In this document: positions 38,403 through 41,095 of the stretch, one piece after another
Position numbering within the stretch: position 1 is the stretch's first letter
How the letters are laid out: every line of letters starts with the position of its first letter
From: a virus
Lineage: Duplodnaviria; Caudoviricetes
Virus record (IMG/VR): IMGVR_UViG_3300016665_000157
Location: 1 to 41,095 of that record
Length of the DNA: 41,095 nt
Reading direction: 5' to 3' (one strand)
Notes under the pieces: generated by a model
The model's input: the letters and a program-made list of their open reading frames with translations, nothing else
Database searches by the model: none
What the model was told of the DNA's origin: nothing
Position numbers and translations under genes: made by a program

Positions 38403-40082
38403 TTACCACTCAATTGAACGAAAACCAAACGATTCCGACACGAACACATTGTCCAAATGACCATGAATTGCCATGATTAGGGCAATGATGCCGTCCACCT
38501 TGGCTGATGGGTCTGCTTCATTCTTCCTGACCTTGACGTTTCCATTTACATCGGTGTAAACCTCGCAGTTGCCCAGTTGCCAACCAACAAAAGGATTGCC
38601 ATCGTGGTGAATGGCTTTCTTCATAATCAACTGCTCGGTGGCCTTGGACGGGTTTGACAGCACAGCCATCCCCTGCCCCACCTTCACCACCGGCAAGCCT
38701 TCTGCATACAGGTTCGCCACCAGTGCAGCAGCGTTGTATGGGTCATAGTTGACCGCCTTGACCTCGTGTTCAACGCACTGCTGCTTGATGTACGACTCAA
38801 TCTGGTTAAGGTCGGTTACATTACCAGGCGTCAGGTGCAAAATGCCAGAACGCACCGCCTCGGCAAAGATTGGCTTGTAGTGGTTCGGGATCAAGTCCAT
38901 TGATTCTTCTGGCAGGAAGAACTTGAACACCGCCTGGAAATCTTCCTCGGTGTAGCGATGCAAGGTACACACCGCATTCAAGTCGCGGGTATGTGCCAAG
39001 TCAAATGCAAGGAACGTGCTTTCAGGCTTTTGGTCGGGCTTTTGCCTGATGGACTCATCCCAATATCGGCGGTCAATCCAGGCTGAATTGGCGCTGACAT
39101 AGATGTTCAGTTGCTTGCACAGGAATTCATTCAAAGACGCCGGTTTGGCTGACGCTTCCTCGGCCATATGTTGAATATGCTCTGTCGTAACAGAGATGCC
39201 CAACATAGGATTAGCTTTTCCCCAAACAGCAGGATCAGCCCAATGGTCACCGGGATCAACGCTATATAAAAGACCAAACCAGCGGAAATTGTCAGCAGCC
39301 GCGCCCCGTAGTAATGAACGGAAGTGCGATAAGTCCTCATAGAACTTGGTTTCCTTTGTAAAGCTGGCAGTGGTCAAGTACATCCGCAACGGGTTCTTGC
39401 GGGCACCCATACCTGAGTGCAGCACCTCAATGTTGGTGCGCTCTGTCACCTGGGCGGCTTCATCCACCATCGCACAGGACGGGTTCTTGCCGTCACCAGT
39501 CTTGCGGTTTTCCCGTGACAGCGCCCGGTACGTGGATGTGCTGTCGCCAGCTTTCTTCAGTTCACTGCGGTAAACAAGGAACTTGGCTTGCAGTTCAGGA
39601 ACCATGCCCTCAACGATAGCCTTGGACGAATCAAAGCAAATTGACGCCTGCTCACGGTTTGTCGCCAGGGTGAACACTTCCGCGCCAGCATCGCCAAACT
39701 GCAACTCGTACAAGGAAATGATGGACGCAATGGTGGTCTTGCCCGACTTGCGGGGCACAAACAGGATGACATCCGTTGTCCAACGAATGCTGGTGTCGCG
39801 TTTGTCGCGGAACCCATAGATGCCAGCCAAAAACAGGATTTGGAAGGCTTGGAGTTCAATACGTTTGCCAGCGTCCGGCCCTTTGACATGCCGACAGAAA
39901 CTGACGAACTTCAGGACATGCTCAACCTTGGCCGGGACAAATTCATAGGGCGCGTCCTTGCGCTCCACCATGTCCAGAAACCGCTGGCACGCTAGGCGAA
40001 CATCCTCACACGCAAGAATGTCGCCACGTACAACCCCAATGGCGTACTCAAACGCCTTGTTAAGCGTTGGCGAATAGCTCAT
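38403..40082 (-). CDS. terL: Terminase large subunit
   Basis: Walker A VPRKSGKT, Walker B AMVDE, W.KANP.LG, FDLA, YDPYNA, KVDGIIA. Confidence 0.96.
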   Translation of the reverse strand: MSYSPTLNKAFEYAIGVVRGDILACEDVRLACQRFLDMVERKDAPYEFVPAKVEHVLKFVSFCRHVKGPDAGKRIELQAFQILFLAGIYGFRDKRDTSIRWTTDVILFVPRKSGKTTIASIISLYELQFGDAGAEVFTLATNREQASICFDSSKAIVEGMVPELQAKFLVYRSELKKAGDSTSTYRALSRENRKTGDGKNPSCAMVDEAAQVTERTNIEVLHSGMGARKNPLRMYLTTASFTKETKFYEDLSHFRSLLRGAAADNFRWFGLLYSVDPGDHWADPAVWGKANPMLGISVTTEHIQHMAEEASAKPASLNEFLCKQLNIYVSANSAWIDRRYWDESIRQKPDQKPESTFLAFDLAHTRDLNAVCTLHRYTEEDFQAVFKFFLPEESMDLIPNHYKPIFAEAVRSGILHLTPGNVTDLNQIESYIKQQCVEHEVKAVNYDPYNAAALVANLYAEGLPVVKVGQGMAVLSNPSKATEQLIMKKAIHHDGNPFVGWQLGNCEVYTDVNGNVKVRKNEADPSAKVDGIIALIMAIHGHLDNVFVSESFGFRSIEW

Positions 40083-40553
40083 TGGGCTTCCCATCTAAAT
40101 TTAGATTGCCCAACAACAGATTGCCATTCTCTCCCAGGACGATTTTGCCATCCTGAAGAACTATTGGGCTTAAGTTCGGCAACACATTTCCAACCGACTC
40201 CACGCATAGATGCGCCACTTTCTGATTGCAAAGTGTATGTAATCAATTTTTGCCAGCCTAATGCTTTAGCAGCTTGCCAACATCTTGCGTACAAAAAAGA
40301 ACAAACTCCTTTAGGTGCGCCATCAATAACACAACAGCGCGTTACTTCTAACGTTTGTCCATTGTCCAAAAATCTTGCAACTGGCCTACCAACAATTGCA
40401 ACACCACATAATTTTTCACCATCACTAACGCCAACGGCAAAAATGCCGCCTGCGGGAGGTTTGTTGTGACGATGGAAATTGCCTACAAACTCACGCGCCT
40501 CAGTGAGTTTAATTGGAACCGCAAATAACGTCATGCGTTGGCGAATAGCTCAT
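40064..40553. repeat. 19-bp direct repeat GCGTTGGCGAATAGCTCAT (40064-40082, 40535-40553) flanking the inserted gene
   Basis: Exact duplicate read from the sequence. Confidence 0.92.
40079..40534 (-). CDS. XF1762-like / Mom-related GNAT-fold protein
   Basis: FV...HRH..P, GVAIVGRPVAR, LEVTR, S.LY...W.AAKALG...LITYTL.SESGAS....GW. Confidence 0.75.
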   Translation of the reverse strand: MTLFAVPIKLTEAREFVGNFHRHNKPPAGGIFAVGVSDGEKLCGVAIVGRPVARFLDNGQTLEVTRCCVIDGAPKGVCSFLYARCWQAAKALGWQKLITYTLQSESGASMRGVGWKCVAELKPNSSSGWQNRPGREWQSVVGQSKFRWEAQ

Positions 40554-40902
40554 CAATCTCACTTGCCTTTGCTTTCAGTTTCGGACGCCCTCGAGCAACC
40601 AGACCAAGTTCACCAAGAATCTTGGTGGCCTTGTCGATCATCTCTGTCCGAATCTTGTACCAAGGGCCAGTGGCTTCACCGCTGTTGTAGTTCGCGGTAT
40701 GTCCCATCTCACGGATGTTGATTTCTGCCGTCAGCAAAGAATCAACCGTCAAAGTCAGCATCCCAATCAGCATCTCATCGGACGCCGTGAGCGCACCTGT
40801 GCTTGCCTCGACCTCTGCACGGACAGCAGTTTCAAAGGCATTCCGATCCCAAGTGTTCGGGTCGTTCAGGTATTTCAGGATATGGCGGGCTTTCTTTGAC
40901 AT
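40531..40902 (-). CDS. terS: Terminase small subunit (P27-like)
   Basis: P...I......A.KIL.ELGL....R; AGGAG RBS; upstream of terL. Confidence 0.8.
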   Translation of the reverse strand: MSKKARHILKYLNDPNTWDRNAFETAVRAEVEASTGALTASDEMLIGMLTLTVDSLLTAEINIREMGHTANYNSGEATGPWYKIRTEMIDKATKILGELGLVARGRPKLKAKASEIDELFANA

Positions 40903-40923
40903 AAGTTCTCCTATCTTGTGAAC

Positions 40924-40998
40924 TGGTGCTGACAGAAGGAATCGAACCATCAACCTACCGCTTACAAGGCGGTTGCTCTACCGTTGAGCCATGCCAGC
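40924..40998 (-). tRNA. tRNA-Thr (anticodon UGU)
   Basis: Acceptor GCTGGCA/TGTCAGC plus ACCA, D arm GCTC/GAGC, anticodon arm ACCGC-CTTGTAA-GCGGT, T loop TTCGATT (one T-stem mismatch). Confidence 0.92.
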
Positions 40999-41095
40999 AT
41001 TGAGCAAAGAATAGCACAAAAAGGGAGGGCGGGAAGGTGACCATCCCTCTCCCCCCGTTCACCCCCTCTGTCGTTAGGACACGGGGGAAATTGAC

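Noticed and set aside
40924-40998. tRNA as an attachment site marking a prophage boundary
   Set aside because: No integrase, no duplicated tRNA 3' end and no flanking host genes; it lies within the phage late transcription unit

Overview
The window appears to be an essentially complete ~41 kb dsDNA tailed phage genome with HK97/lambda-like siphovirus organisation. It is probably linearised at or near the packaging (cos) end, since the HNH gene lies at one end and terS at the other. The host is probably a betaproteobacterium, which is an inference from gene content only. The minus strand from 41 kb to 13.5 kb carries tRNA-Thr, terS, an inserted Mom/GNAT-like gene, terL, a GIY-YIG endonuclease, portal and protease. 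It continues with TWO HK97-fold capsid genes, head-tail connectors, TWO tail-tube paralogues, a frameshifted tail chaperone, tape measure, tail tip, collagen-like and LamG fibres, a GT2-TPR glycosyltransferase and lysis genes. The middle region has a short rightward recombination/nucleotide operon (11.2-13.5 kb) and a leftward replication/nin-like operon (11.2-3.0 kb) with a two-frame C5 methyltransferase and two c4-like antisense RNA switches. The first ~2.95 kb is compositionally distinct, is bracketed by twin 14-bp palindromes, holds its own rightward operon and ends in a polarised G-rich repeat tract between convergent terminators. It is a candidate first-injected ('leading') module. No integrase, CI-like repressor, DNA polymerase or CRISPR array was recognised. 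All protein family calls are from motif recognition by eye and counts are manual; no searches were run.
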